Assembly (NCBI GenBank): GCA_043764155.1
Contig: JAYUKW010000001.1
Coordinates: 118,027-182,026 of the forward strand
Reading direction: 5' to 3'
DNA length: 64,000 nt
Origin: Bdellovibrionales bacterium
Lineage (GTDB): Bacteria; Bdellovibrionota; Bdellovibrionia; Bdellovibrionales; UBA1609
Shown here: piece after piece, positions 8,332 to 17,920 of the stretch
Numbering within the stretch: position 1 is the first letter of the stretch
Layout: each line of letters opens with the position of its first letter
Translations under genes and position numbers: made by a program
The notes under the pieces: model-generated
The model's input: only the letters and a program-made list of their open reading frames with translations
What the model was told of the DNA's origin: nothing
The model's database searches: none

Positions 8332-10827
8332 ATGATTCAAATACAATTTGATTCTAAAACTAAGAATTTTGATTCGAACATCCAGAATTTATTAAAAAAA
8401 TCGAATATTGTAGATGTAAAGCACTGTGTTCAATCTGTTAAGCAAAGATTAACTCCGGTATGGGATCTAAGAGATAATGTGGCAGTAAACCCTTTTTTTG
8501 GATTTAGGGATAAAAATTTTTTAGATACTTTATGTTTTCATGAGAGCTTAACTGGTAATAGTCTTTTACCTTCATATAAATATTTTAATTCCCTTTACAG
8601 ATCAGGAAAAATTACTGATGCAGATTTAAATCTAGCATTAATTGAATATAATAATAATTTCGCTAACACTGACAAAATAAGTCTACATGATCTTAAAGTG
8701 GCACTTGAGATAGGTCTTGAATCTGATATTGTTAAAATTAATTCAGGATCTGATGTTTATGATTTGCAAAATAAAACACAATGGACCCCTAAAGTTAAAA
8801 AACATATTTCTAAGTGGTTAAGTGCATACTTTGACGAAGGTCAATCTTTGTGGTCAATGCCAACTAAAAATCTTCGCCTTTTCACCGCTTGGAAAGAATT
8901 AGTGATTTACGACAAATCATTTAAAAAATTAGGATCTAAATTCAATAGTACTTTTTTTGGTTTGTCGGATCAGCCGTCAGAAGTAATTGAAAATTTATCT
9001 GAAAAGTTAATACAAAAATTTGATTTAAGTTCAGAACAACTTGAAATATATTTTTTTAAACTAATAAGTCAAATTCAAGGTTGGGCTTCTTTTGTTCAAA
9101 AGTTTGAATTCGAAGCGGCTCGAAAAAATCAAAATGATGATTTAATTAGAATCGGTGGATTTGAAGATATTTTAGCGATATGTCTCTGTTATGATTACAG
9201 TTTTCTTAATTTAGTAAATTTTGGACCTAAATTCATTTTAATAAATACTTCTTTTGATGAAATCATGACGAACGACAATGTAAAAAAAAATATTCTTCTT
9301 AAGGCTAGTGAAGATAATTATCGCAGCCAGCTATTATCAAAAATTAATGTTAATACTTTAACTGAAAAAAATAATTTTCCTGAAGCTCAAATGGCGTTCT
9401 GTATAGATGTTCGTAGCGAATTGATTCGACGTCATATTGAAAATTTATGTCCTCAGATTCAGACGATAGGTTTCGCGGGATTTTTCGGTATTTCGATGTC
9501 GCATAGGACTTTGGGCGCTTCTCATGCAGAACAACAGTGCCCGGTTTTACTAAATCCAGTTTGCGAGATTCAAGAAATATCTAAATCTAAACATTTAGGA
9601 ATAAAAATTAAAAATAAAATCAAAAATATTAATTTTTTAAAATTTTTAAAATCTGGTGTTAATTCAAGTTTCACTTTTGTAGAGACTTTTGGCTGGACAT
9701 ACATTTTTAAAATGATTAAGTCTAACCATTTCAAATGTAAGATAAATTTAAGTTTTGAACCACTTATTATTAAATCATCGAAAGATAATCAAAGAAGACC
9801 TGATCTAACATCCTTATCTTTAGATCAAAAAACTAAATTAGCTTTCGGAGCTTTAAAAAATATGGGACTCACATCAAATTTTGCTCCCTTTGTTTTTTTT
9901 ATGGGACATAAAAGTAAAACAGAAAACAACCCTCAATCTTCGGCTTTAGACTGTGGCGCTTGCGCAGGTCATAGCGGTTTGTCTAATGCTAGAACTTTAG
10001 CGGGCCTGTTAAATGATCTAGGATTGCGTGAAGAATTAAAAATGAACTATAAAATTGATATTCCATTAAACAGTTGTTTCATATCTGGAGTTCATATCAC
10101 AACAACAGATGATTTTGAATTTGATGAATATCATATTACAGACGCATCAACTTTAAAGTCTTTTTATAGTCTAAAAAATAAACTTAAATTTGCTCAAATT
10201 AAAACACTTAAAGAAAGATCAAAAAATTTTAATTATTGTGAAAATTTAAGCGACAAAGATTTAATTGAACAGATCCAAAATAAATCTAATGACTGGTCAG
10301 AGGTTCAGCCCGAATGGGCCTTAGCAAATAATGCGGCTTTTATTGCTGCACGACGAGAGCTAACTCGAGGTCTAGATTTGAACGGGCGTACTTTCCTTCA
10401 TAATTATGATGCCAAAAAAGATTTGGATCTAAGTATTTTAGAATTAATTATGACAGCCCCTATGATTGTCGCTAACTGGATTAATATGCAATATTACGTT
10501 TCCGCAGTAAATCCTAAGGATTATGGCAGTGATGATAAAACCTTACACAACATTGTAGGACAAATCGGATTAATCAGAGGAAATGGCAGCGACCTTTTGA
10601 TGGGTTTAAGTTTACAGTCCTTATTTAGAAATGGTCAGCTGATGCATCAACCTTTAAGGCTACAAGTTATATTAGAAGCGGCTACAAAAGATATGGATCA
10701 AATTATTTTAAAACATAAAATGGTCAAAGATTTAGTCGAGAATGAATGGTTAAATTTAATTTCAATATGTCCCGACTTTGGATCAAAAAAAATATACTGT
10801 AAGGGCGAATGGGTGCAATTAAATTAA
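8332..10827 (+). CDS. dabA: DabA (DUF2309), beta-carbonic-anhydrase-like subunit of DAB inorganic-carbon pump
   Basis: 831 aa; FCIDVRSE (CxDxR) and ALDCGACAGHSG Zn-site-like motifs typical of DUF2309; AGGAG RBS; paired with dabB. Confidence 0.85.
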   Translation: MIQIQFDSKTKNFDSNIQNLLKKSNIVDVKHCVQSVKQRLTPVWDLRDNVAVNPFFGFRDKNFLDTLCFHESLTGNSLLPSYKYFNSLYRSGKITDADLNLALIEYNNNFANTDKISLHDLKVALEIGLESDIVKINSGSDVYDLQNKTQWTPKVKKHISKWLSAYFDEGQSLWSMPTKNLRLFTAWKELVIYDKSFKKLGSKFNSTFFGLSDQPSEVIENLSEKLIQKFDLSSEQLEIYFFKLISQIQGWASFVQKFEFEAARKNQNDDLIRIGGFEDILAICLCYDYSFLNLVNFGPKFILINTSFDEIMTNDNVKKNILLKASEDNYRSQLLSKINVNTLTEKNNFPEAQMAFCIDVRSELIRRHIENLCPQIQTIGFAGFFGISMSHRTLGASHAEQQCPVLLNPVCEIQEISKSKHLGIKIKNKIKNINFLKFLKSGVNSSFTFVETFGWTYIFKMIKSNHFKCKINLSFEPLIIKSSKDNQRRPDLTSLSLDQKTKLAFGALKNMGLTSNFAPFVFFMGHKSKTENNPQSSALDCGACAGHSGLSNARTLAGLLNDLGLREELKMNYKIDIPLNSCFISGVHITTTDDFEFDEYHITDASTLKSFYSLKNKLKFAQIKTLKERSKNFNYCENLSDKDLIEQIQNKSNDWSEVQPEWALANNAAFIAARRELTRGLDLNGRTFLHNYDAKKDLDLSILELIMTAPMIVANWINMQYYVSAVNPKDYGSDDKTLHNIVGQIGLIRGNGSDLLMGLSLQSLFRNGQLMHQPLRLQVILEAATKDMDQIILKHKMVKDLVENEWLNLISICPDFGSKKIYCKGEWVQLN

Positions 10828-10830
10828 AAA

Positions 10831-11052
10831 TTACTCTTCAAATAAATGGTACTGTTGGTCTAAGGCATCGAAGTACAGGGTGACGTCTTTACCATCTTTA
10901 CCTAAGGCTTTAATGATATTTCTGCCGCGGGTGTTGTCCCAGGGATCAAAATAATCTTGTGTGATGGCATGGGTGAACGAAGACGTAGATTCCAATTCAT
11001 CAAACAGATCTATTTGTTCATAATCTTGATTTTTTAAAGCTAAATTTTTCAT
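10831..11052 (-). CDS. small acidic hypothetical protein co-transcribed with lexA
   Basis: 73 aa; GGAGG RBS 6 nt upstream; starts 12 nt after the lexA stop. Confidence 0.5.
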   Translation of the reverse strand: MKNLALKNQDYEQIDLFDELESTSSFTHAITQDYFDPWDNTRGRNIIKALGKDGKDVTLYFDALDQQYHLFEE

Positions 11053-11064
11053 ATTTTCCTCCAG

Positions 11065-11730
11065 TTATCTTTTTTTTATTTGTGCTTTAGCATAATTTCT
11101 CATCAGACCAATCACTAAACCTTGCAAAGTGATTTCATGGGGTTCGTACCACATGGATTTCATTTTGGAGTTGGCAGGTCTAAGTTCCACCTGACCATTT
11201 TTATAAAATATTCTTTTAACAGTGGCTGATTCATCTTCTGTCGAAACCACGGCAAGACTGCCTTCAGAGGCAAAGGAATTTTTTTCGATAATCACTAAAT
11301 CACCACTGTGAATGCCTTCGTCAATCATAGATTCCCCTTGAACACGAAGGACAAAACTTTCCTTGGGTTTTTGAACTAATGAAAGAGGAACATCGACCCA
11401 CTGGTCAAAGTTTTTTTCTTCTAAAGGGAGGCCGGCCGCCACCTTCCCAAGCAGAGGGAGGGTGACAGCGACGGACGGTTTTTCCATCAGATCGGCAAGG
11501 TAATCTGTGGAAGATTTTAAAAGCTTAAGGGAGCGTTTTTCATTCGAGTTTCCTTTTTGAATATAATTTTTGGACTCGAGCTGTTGAATGTAACGTTGAA
11601 CTGAATTGATGCTGGCAAAACCAAAATGGTTTTTAATTTCAGTAAAAGTCGGAGAGATTCCATGGGTTTTTACATAGGTTTCAATAAATTCCAGTGTCGC
11701 TTTTTCTTTGGATGTTAAGGACTTTGCCAT
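11065..11730 (-). CDS. lexA: LexA repressor (S24 peptidase)
   Basis: 221 aa; N-terminal wHTH; cleavage region VAAGLP; catalytic Ser in GESMIDEGIHSGD and Lys in ATVKRIF. Confidence 0.9.
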   Translation of the reverse strand: MAKSLTSKEKATLEFIETYVKTHGISPTFTEIKNHFGFASINSVQRYIQQLESKNYIQKGNSNEKRSLKLLKSSTDYLADLMEKPSVAVTLPLLGKVAAGLPLEEKNFDQWVDVPLSLVQKPKESFVLRVQGESMIDEGIHSGDLVIIEKNSFASEGSLAVVSTEDESATVKRIFYKNGQVELRPANSKMKSMWYEPHEITLQGLVIGLMRNYAKAQIKKR

Positions 11731-11745
11731 CGTGTAATCTCCCTG

Positions 11746-11784
11746 TGTAAGTTTTATTATAATAGTTGTAAGTTTAGTGTAAGT
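11746..11784 (-). promoter_or_regulatory. three phased direct repeats (ACTTACA on the lexA strand) upstream of lexA
   Basis: TGTAAGT on the + strand at 11746-11752, 11767-11773 and 11778-11784 (spacing 21 and 11 bp), flanking a TATAAT on the lexA strand; candidate SOS operator. Confidence 0.3.
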
Positions 11785-11872
11785 AAAGAAAATATTTAAA
11801 ATTATTTATTTTTTAGACCAAAGGATAATTTTTTATTTTTAAGTCGACATTGTTTTATTCCGAGACATATTA

Positions 11873-12703
11873 ATGCGCATTATTTTTGGGCTTATCTCCC
11901 TGCTTTTTTTTATATCTTCTGCTCAAGAAGTTGGTGACAGTTCAACGGCGGATATTGAGCCCTCGACCCGAATTGAAATGGGTACGATTTTGGGCCTCCC
12001 GATGAAGGAACCAGAAGCGCCGATTGAAACTGGACTAAGGAGTGGAATCCCTTTAAGGGGCGATACTCGAAGACAGTCTTTAGAAAATCGTAGCTTCAAT
12101 ATCGTTGAAATCGACACTTGTAATAAACAGACTACAATTAACTTTGAATTCGGTGGGGGCGAACGTTGTCGCACTGAAAGAGAAATTAATCCTTTAGCCG
12201 TCGATTTTATCAATGCCAATTTATTCGATTGCGCCTTTGAGGGTTTAAAGGCCGTTGGCAATACTAAGAAAATTCGAAGAATTGTAATCGGAAGCCAAGG
12301 GGCTTATGCACGAAGGGCTATTTGTGAAGGTTGCGTGTGGAGCACCCACTCCTTAGGTACAAGTATAGACATGAACCATTTGCAAATCGAGTTCACTGAC
12401 GGATCAAAAGGTATTTTTCCAACAGCCGCTACTGATTTATCAGGCAACATTTATCCTGGATTTTCGAGATGTCGAAGTGAGTGCGGAGAGCGAAGATTTA
12501 ATAAAAGGGGTTCGGCTCGATTCTTTGTTGATTTTCGAAAATGTATGAATGATCGCATTTACATTTTAAAAACTGAACTTCAAAGGACTCAAGGCGATTG
12601 CACTGGCGGTCTTTTAGACTGTGATACAAATGCGGATCACAATAATCACATTCATCTTTCTGTTCCGTTTTGCCCTCAACCTAAAAACACGGGTGAGATA
12701 TGA
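11873..12703 (+). CDS. secreted LAS-superfamily zinc peptidase-like protein
   Basis: 276 aa; signal peptide; WSTHSLGTSIDM and DHNNHIHLSV (H..D / HxH ligand pattern). Confidence 0.55.
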   Translation: MRIIFGLISLLFFISSAQEVGDSSTADIEPSTRIEMGTILGLPMKEPEAPIETGLRSGIPLRGDTRRQSLENRSFNIVEIDTCNKQTTINFEFGGGERCRTEREINPLAVDFINANLFDCAFEGLKAVGNTKKIRRIVIGSQGAYARRAICEGCVWSTHSLGTSIDMNHLQIEFTDGSKGIFPTAATDLSGNIYPGFSRCRSECGERRFNKRGSARFFVDFRKCMNDRIYILKTELQRTQGDCTGGLLDCDTNADHNNHIHLSVPFCPQPKNTGEI

Positions 12704-12810
12704 TATTTCGGCTTCTGTTGGATTTAGATTCGGGCAGTAATTGTGGGTGTAAAACAAAAGCTGAATTTTTATCTATTGATTTAAAAGATATCTGTTCGGT
12801 AAAGTAAACC

Positions 12811-13509
12811 ATGAACGTTTTATTATCCGACTTAAAAAATCTCAAAGGGTCTTGGAAAGAAAAACTAAATTCTGAAGTCAGCAGGCCTTACATGCTGAAA
12901 TTATTTAATTTTTTAGAAACTGAAAGTCAAAATGGTAAAATCATTTATCCTGAAAAAAAAAACTACTTTAAGGCTCTAGAGCTATGTCCTTTTGAAAAAA
13001 CAAAAGTCATTATTTTAGGTCAAGATCCTTATCACGGTGAAGGCCAAGCTCACGGCTTAAGTTTTTCGGTCTCTAGCGATACAAAATTACCTCCATCTTT
13101 AAAAAATATTTTTAAAGAATTACAATCAGATCTGGGTTCTGGTTGGAAGGCCCCACGGACCGGGGATCTTTCAACATGGGCTAAATCAGGGGTCTTATTA
13201 CTAAACACAACTATGACAGTTGAAAAATCAAAGCCAGGCTCTCACCAAAAAAAGGGCTGGGAGATTTTTACAGATTTTTTATTAACTGAATTATCTCAAG
13301 ATTCTAGACCCAAAGTGTTTATTCTTTGGGGGGCGCCGGCATTAAAAAAAGTAGGACTTATTGACCCTAATACTCATTTCATCATTCAGTCGTCACATCC
13401 GTCGCCGCTTTCAAGTTACCGAGGATTTTTTGGGAGCCGTCCCTTCTCTAAAGCCAATGAATTTTTAACAAGAACTGATCAAAGTGCCATTGATTGGTCT
13501 TTGGTTTGA
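12811..13509 (+). CDS. ung: uracil-DNA glycosylase
   Basis: 232 aa; GQDPYHGEGQAHGLSFS and HPSPLS family-1 UDG motifs. Confidence 0.9.
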   Translation: MNVLLSDLKNLKGSWKEKLNSEVSRPYMLKLFNFLETESQNGKIIYPEKKNYFKALELCPFEKTKVIILGQDPYHGEGQAHGLSFSVSSDTKLPPSLKNIFKELQSDLGSGWKAPRTGDLSTWAKSGVLLLNTTMTVEKSKPGSHQKKGWEIFTDFLLTELSQDSRPKVFILWGAPALKKVGLIDPNTHFIIQSSHPSPLSSYRGFFGSRPFSKANEFLTRTDQSAIDWSLV

Positions 13510-13627
13510 TTGAAATTTAAGTTAAATTAGCTCTAACTTAGATTTAAGTTAAAATACGCTTTGTGTGAGTAGTCCAGAAAAAAGCGCTATTCGTGAATTG
13601 ATTCTTAGCATATAATTTAATTAAATT

Positions 13628-14659
13628 ATGATAAAAAAATTCTTTGGTCCGTTTAAAGAAAAAATCCTTATCGTTGATCAACTCACTCCAAAAAACTTTG
13701 AACCAAAACACAGCCTGTTGTTTATTGATGAGAATTTAAAAGAATTTCCAGAAATCAAAAAGTTGGAATCTAAATTTCAAATTTTATTTTTAAAAGCGGG
13801 CGAAGATTTAAAATCTATCGACGGATTAAAATCAGTTTTAATAAAGATCGAACCCCTGCTTGAAAACATCCAACCCCCATATTGTTTTGTGGCTATCGGC
13901 GGGGGAAGTATGGGTGATTTTTGTGGATTTTTAGCTAGTATCTATCATCGTGGTGTCGATTTTATACAGTGCCCAAGTACTTGGCTTGCAGCCATTGATT
14001 CGTCACATGGGGGTAAAACTGCACTAAATGTTTTAAGTTTTAAAAATCAAATTGGAACTTTTTATCCAGCAAAACAAATAATAGTTTCTAAATCCTTGCT
14101 TCAACATCAAAGCCCAACAAAAGCCATGGGCGAGATCACTAAAACTATTTTGCTTTCTAGCCAAAATTCGAAACTTAGAAATTTTATAAATAAAAATTGG
14201 CCGGCTGATTTTGATACAGTTTGGTCTTCGATCACAGACTTTATTAATGTTAAAAATTCTTATGTTAAAAAAGACCCTAAAGAAAAAAAGAAAGAAAGGT
14301 TTAAATTAAATTTAGGTCATACGGTGGGACACGCCTTAGAAAAAATTTATGGTTTACCCCATTCAGAAGCTGTTCTAAGAGGTGTTATTTTTGCTGTCAC
14401 GTGGAGTGTTAAAAAGAAATACTCACATATAAAGCTGCTTCAAGTTTTAATTCATTATCTAGAGATCAATCAATTTTTCCTTGGCGACCTACCCAAAAAG
14501 TCTGAAGTTGAATTCGAAAAGGCTTTACTAAAAGATAAAAAACGAAGTGGTGAAGATATTAATTTTGTTTTTTTAAAAAACTTCAGAGCTGTAATTAAAA
14601 AAGTCACTGTTCCAGAAATTATTAAGGAACTTAAAAATCAAGGCTTAATTGCCAAATGA
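13628..14659 (+). CDS. aroB: 3-dehydroquinate synthase
   Basis: 343 aa; GGGSMGDFCGF, DSSHGGKTALN, LNLGHTVGHALE. Confidence 0.8.
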   Translation: MIKKFFGPFKEKILIVDQLTPKNFEPKHSLLFIDENLKEFPEIKKLESKFQILFLKAGEDLKSIDGLKSVLIKIEPLLENIQPPYCFVAIGGGSMGDFCGFLASIYHRGVDFIQCPSTWLAAIDSSHGGKTALNVLSFKNQIGTFYPAKQIIVSKSLLQHQSPTKAMGEITKTILLSSQNSKLRNFINKNWPADFDTVWSSITDFINVKNSYVKKDPKEKKKERFKLNLGHTVGHALEKIYGLPHSEAVLRGVIFAVTWSVKKKYSHIKLLQVLIHYLEINQFFLGDLPKKSEVEFEKALLKDKKRSGEDINFVFLKNFRAVIKKVTVPEIIKELKNQGLIAK

Positions 14660-15927
14660 AATTTAAATATTCAGGCCCAATTGAAAGTTCAAAGTCGATA
14701 GTCAACCGTGCTCTGATTTTAAGTGCGACGTTTCCAAATTTAAAAATAAGTTATGAAAGTAAAGCTAAAGATATTTTAGAGTTAAAAAAATCTTTAGATG
14801 AATTCAATAAGTCTCAACATACGAATTTAAATACTGAATCTTTAAAAGACAGCTTTGGCCCTTCGGTTTTTGATTTGGGAAGTGGCGGCACAACATTTAG
14901 ATTCTTTGCAATTTATGTTTCAAAATTTAAAGGTCAGTGGGTCCTAGAAATTAGTCCTCAATTGGCGAAAAGACCACATGATGGAATAGTTGAAATTTTA
15001 AGCCAATTGGGGGTTAAGTCCAATAGCTATTTTAATAAAAAAAAACCTTATTTTATAATTGATTCTGAGGGTTGGGCAGGACATCAGGTCGATGTCGACT
15101 TCATTAAATCGTCTCAGTTTTTTTCTGGACTAGCTTTGGCCGCAGCAGATAGTAAAAACGATTTTAAAATAAACTGTTTAAACAGAGATCAAAGTTCTGG
15201 ATATGAGGCCATCACTCTAAAGTTATTAAAGGATATTGGCTGTCAGGTGAAGGACCAAAATAATGTGGTTGTAATTAAATCAACCCAAAAATTAGAAAAA
15301 CCTGTGGAATTGAACATTGGTGCGGATTGGTCTTCCGTCATCTATTTACTTAGTTTTTGTTTTTCAGGATCTGAAATTGAAATTACAAATTTAGATTTGA
15401 ATTCAGCTGAGCCTGATCGTAAAGGTTTGGAATTTTTAAAAGAATTGGGTCTGAATTTTGAACTTAAACAAGGTATTCACTTTTATAATGTTAAAACTAA
15501 GCCTAGTGAATTTAAAAAGTACTTAAAAATTATGAACCTAAAATATAATCCGGATTTATTTCCAGTGATGGCGATTTTACTTAGCCAGATAGCACTAGTA
15601 CACAATATTGAAGTGGCCATAGAATATCCGGAACAGCTTATATATAAAGAATCTGACAGATTAAAACATATGATTATAGTTCTGGGTCGTATCGGATTTC
15701 AAATTGATTCAGATTTAAATACCAAAAGACTAATTTTAAAAATAAAATCCAGTCCGAAATGTGATCAATTAAAAAAAGATGAAAAATTTGATTTTGACTC
15801 AGATTCAGATCACAGGCTTGTTATGAGCTATGAGCTTCTAAAGTCCTTTGGTTATAATATTAGTTACGACAAACCAGAATCAGTTAAAAAAAGTTTTTCA
15901 AATTTTTTTGAGATCGTAAATGGATAA
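14656..15927 (+). CDS. aroA: 3-phosphoshikimate 1-carboxyvinyltransferase (EPSP synthase)
   Basis: 423 aa; KSIVNRALIL, GSGGTTFRF, KESDRL, DHRLVMSY; ATGA overlap with aroB. Confidence 0.8.
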   Translation: MKFKYSGPIESSKSIVNRALILSATFPNLKISYESKAKDILELKKSLDEFNKSQHTNLNTESLKDSFGPSVFDLGSGGTTFRFFAIYVSKFKGQWVLEISPQLAKRPHDGIVEILSQLGVKSNSYFNKKKPYFIIDSEGWAGHQVDVDFIKSSQFFSGLALAAADSKNDFKINCLNRDQSSGYEAITLKLLKDIGCQVKDQNNVVVIKSTQKLEKPVELNIGADWSSVIYLLSFCFSGSEIEITNLDLNSAEPDRKGLEFLKELGLNFELKQGIHFYNVKTKPSEFKKYLKIMNLKYNPDLFPVMAILLSQIALVHNIEVAIEYPEQLIYKESDRLKHMIIVLGRIGFQIDSDLNTKRLILKIKSSPKCDQLKKDEKFDFDSDSDHRLVMSYELLKSFGYNISYDKPESVKKSFSNFFEIVNG

Positions 15928-17920
15928 AATATTCTTAATAGGTCACAGAGGTGTTGGCAAAACAACCTTACTTCAAGATTTAAAACTAAAATCAAAAAAA
16001 TATATTTGCTATGATTTAGACCAAGAGATTGAATCTAGGGGGCAAATTAAAATTCAAGATTTATTTGAAGACGGTCAAGAAAAAAAATTTCGTAATTTGG
16101 AAATTAAAATTTTGAATGAAATAATAAAAGAATTTACATTAAAAAAAATTAAATCTGAACATAAGACATCTTTGAGTCATAATAAAAAATTAAAATCAGA
16201 CAAGATTTCAAATAGGGCGTCATTGCAATTGGTTGTATCTGTTGGAGCCGGTTTTCAATTAGAAAAATTTAAATTTCCGAAGCAAGCTATGGTTTTATGG
16301 CTCAGACGAGTGACGGATTCTAAAGGTAGAATTTTTTTAAATCGCCCAGTATTAACTAAACATAGTGATCCTCTAAAAGAATGGTCTGAACTATTTCCTG
16401 CTCGTGAAAAAAAATACATGTCGTATTCTAATGCTCAAGTCTTTATTCCAGAATATTTTGACCCTAAATTTAATGCTCTTTATGAGTATTTAAATTTTAA
16501 ATCCCCTAAGCATGGATTTGTAACTTATTTGCCGAAAGAAAATGATTTGATTTTAAATTTAAATCCGAGTTCCATGGAATTAAGGTCAGATTTAATTGAA
16601 GAAAATCAAATTTTTAAAATTTTAAAATCTAATCCGAAGGTTCTGCACATAGTATCAATTCGAAATTTAAAATCTAATATTTTAAAAAAGCTATCATGTA
16701 TAAAAGCTAAGTTTTTAGTCGACTGGGATATTGCTTTAGGTTTACCGACAAAAGAGCAGCTTAAATATATTGATATTTATTCTAGTCACAGCGAACGTGC
16801 TGTTGAAGAGATTTTAAATTTTAATTTTGAATTATTAAATTTATATTCATCAGAAATTAAAAAGCTTAACTACGATCCCCATTTTAAGATCTGTCCTTTG
16901 GTTTCGTCCCATGAAGACGCTTTAAATCTAGATTTAAAATTGAGTCAGATTTTTGATCAGTTAAGTTACTCATTTCTGCCTAGATCTGTTGGTGCAAGTC
17001 AGTCCGCTAATAGCTCCGCTTCCACCGTAATTAAAGATTCGGCTAATAATAGTCTATCTTATGATTTGTCTTACTTAAGACAATTAAAATCTTATCAACA
17101 AAAAATTGGATTCTATAGATTTGGTGAAGGATCTTCTTGGGATCAACCTTTGTGGTGGCAGTGGCCTAAAGACAAGCCTAAAGGTTTTTATGGAATCTAT
17201 GGGCAAAATATAAGTCATAGTTACACCCCTAGTTTTCATTTTAATTTTTTTAAATATAAAAATTTTTGGCCTTTATCCATAGATTCATTAGATCAGCTTT
17301 TGAGTCACAAAGATCAGTTTATAAAAAATGACCTTAAGGCTTTGGCTGTCACAGCACCTTACAAATCTGAAGTCTATTCTGCGTCTAATTTTAACAAAAT
17401 AAATGATGTATCAAAGGTAATAAAGCACAATTTTGATCAAGATAAAAATTTAGATTTCAAAACTGCGAATACTTTAATTCTAAGTCCAAAATTAGTTAAT
17501 AAGGTAGACTCTTTTAATACAGATTATTTTGCATTAAAGAATTTTTTGAAGATTCATTTTGATACTAATCAAAAGACTTTTGTTTGGGGCGGTGGTGCTC
17601 TTTTAGAGCAACTAAAAAAAATTAATCCAAACGCTTTTTTTTATTCTGCTCGAACAGGAAAGCCTAGAACTTTGTCTGGTGTTGATTCTTCGCTAACTAA
17701 AAAAGTTCAGCTGATTTGGGCCAGTGGTGAAAAGGGTCTTAATCCAGATGTTCTTAATCAAAAATATACAATTACTAAAATTATAGATTTAGATTACAGA
17801 GATAATTCCAAAGCAAAGCTTTACAGTTTCATAAATAAAATTGAATATGTGAGTGGATTAGAGTTTTTTGTACAACAAGCCCAAGCTCAGCAATCCATAT
17901 GGGATAATTATGAGTTTTAG
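15920..17920 (+). CDS. trifunctional shikimate kinase / type I 3-dehydroquinate dehydratase-like / shikimate dehydrogenase fusion
   Basis: 666 aa. N-terminal GHRGVGKTT Walker A with SK-like DLDQEIE..FR. Middle ELRSDL, VDWDIAL, SSHSE, HFKICPLV resemble type I DHQase. C-terminal YGIYGQNISHSYTPSFH and AVTAPYKSEV match AroE. 8-nt overlap with aroA. Confidence 0.7.
   Translation: MDKIFLIGHRGVGKTTLLQDLKLKSKKYICYDLDQEIESRGQIKIQDLFEDGQEKKFRNLEIKILNEIIKEFTLKKIKSEHKTSLSHNKKLKSDKISNRASLQLVVSVGAGFQLEKFKFPKQAMVLWLRRVTDSKGRIFLNRPVLTKHSDPLKEWSELFPAREKKYMSYSNAQVFIPEYFDPKFNALYEYLNFKSPKHGFVTYLPKENDLILNLNPSSMELRSDLIEENQIFKILKSNPKVLHIVSIRNLKSNILKKLSCIKAKFLVDWDIALGLPTKEQLKYIDIYSSHSERAVEEILNFNFELLNLYSSEIKKLNYDPHFKICPLVSSHEDALNLDLKLSQIFDQLSYSFLPRSVGASQSANSSASTVIKDSANNSLSYDLSYLRQLKSYQQKIGFYRFGEGSSWDQPLWWQWPKDKPKGFYGIYGQNISHSYTPSFHFNFFKYKNFWPLSIDSLDQLLSHKDQFIKNDLKALAVTAPYKSEVYSASNFNKINDVSKVIKHNFDQDKNLDFKTANTLILSPKLVNKVDSFNTDYFALKNFLKIHFDTNQKTFVWGGGALLEQLKKINPNAFFYSARTGKPRTLSGVDSSLTKKVQLIWASGEKGLNPDVLNQKYTITKIIDLDYRDNSKAKLYSFINKIEYVSGLEFFVQQAQAQQSIWDNYEF

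Noticed and set aside
11731-11872. Canonical palindromic LexA boxes upstream of lexA
   Set aside because: I looked for CTGT-N8-ACAG and for the Bdellovibrio-type TTAC-N3-GTAA and found neither. Only the ACTTACA direct repeats are present, reported as a low-confidence candidate.
11923-12261. Antisense or embedded ORFs: 2370-2570, 2892-3146, 7494-7703, 7857-8090, 11923-12261, 22263-22460, 23043-23288, 26550-26900, 32981-33172, 41107-41409, 43319-43513, 44660-44932, 46246-46551, 47980-48177, 48232-48447, 51424-51612, 54995-55198, 56205-56435, 56586-56810, 57858-58049
   Set aside because: Each lies wholly or largely inside a longer, homology-supported gene on the opposite strand or in another frame. 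They have odd composition (Cys/Arg/Ile-rich, low complexity) and no recognisable domains.
17868-17909. Upstream extensions of aroC (17868), HIT (20239), DUF1338 (21870), the 22699 ORF, the 23537 ORF, coaE (39028), dabB (6781), the amidinotransferase (51053) and rarA (52501)
   Set aside because: The extensions overlap the preceding gene or lack an RBS, and several begin at non-ATG codons. Internal ATGs give N-termini matching family consensus or clean signal peptides.
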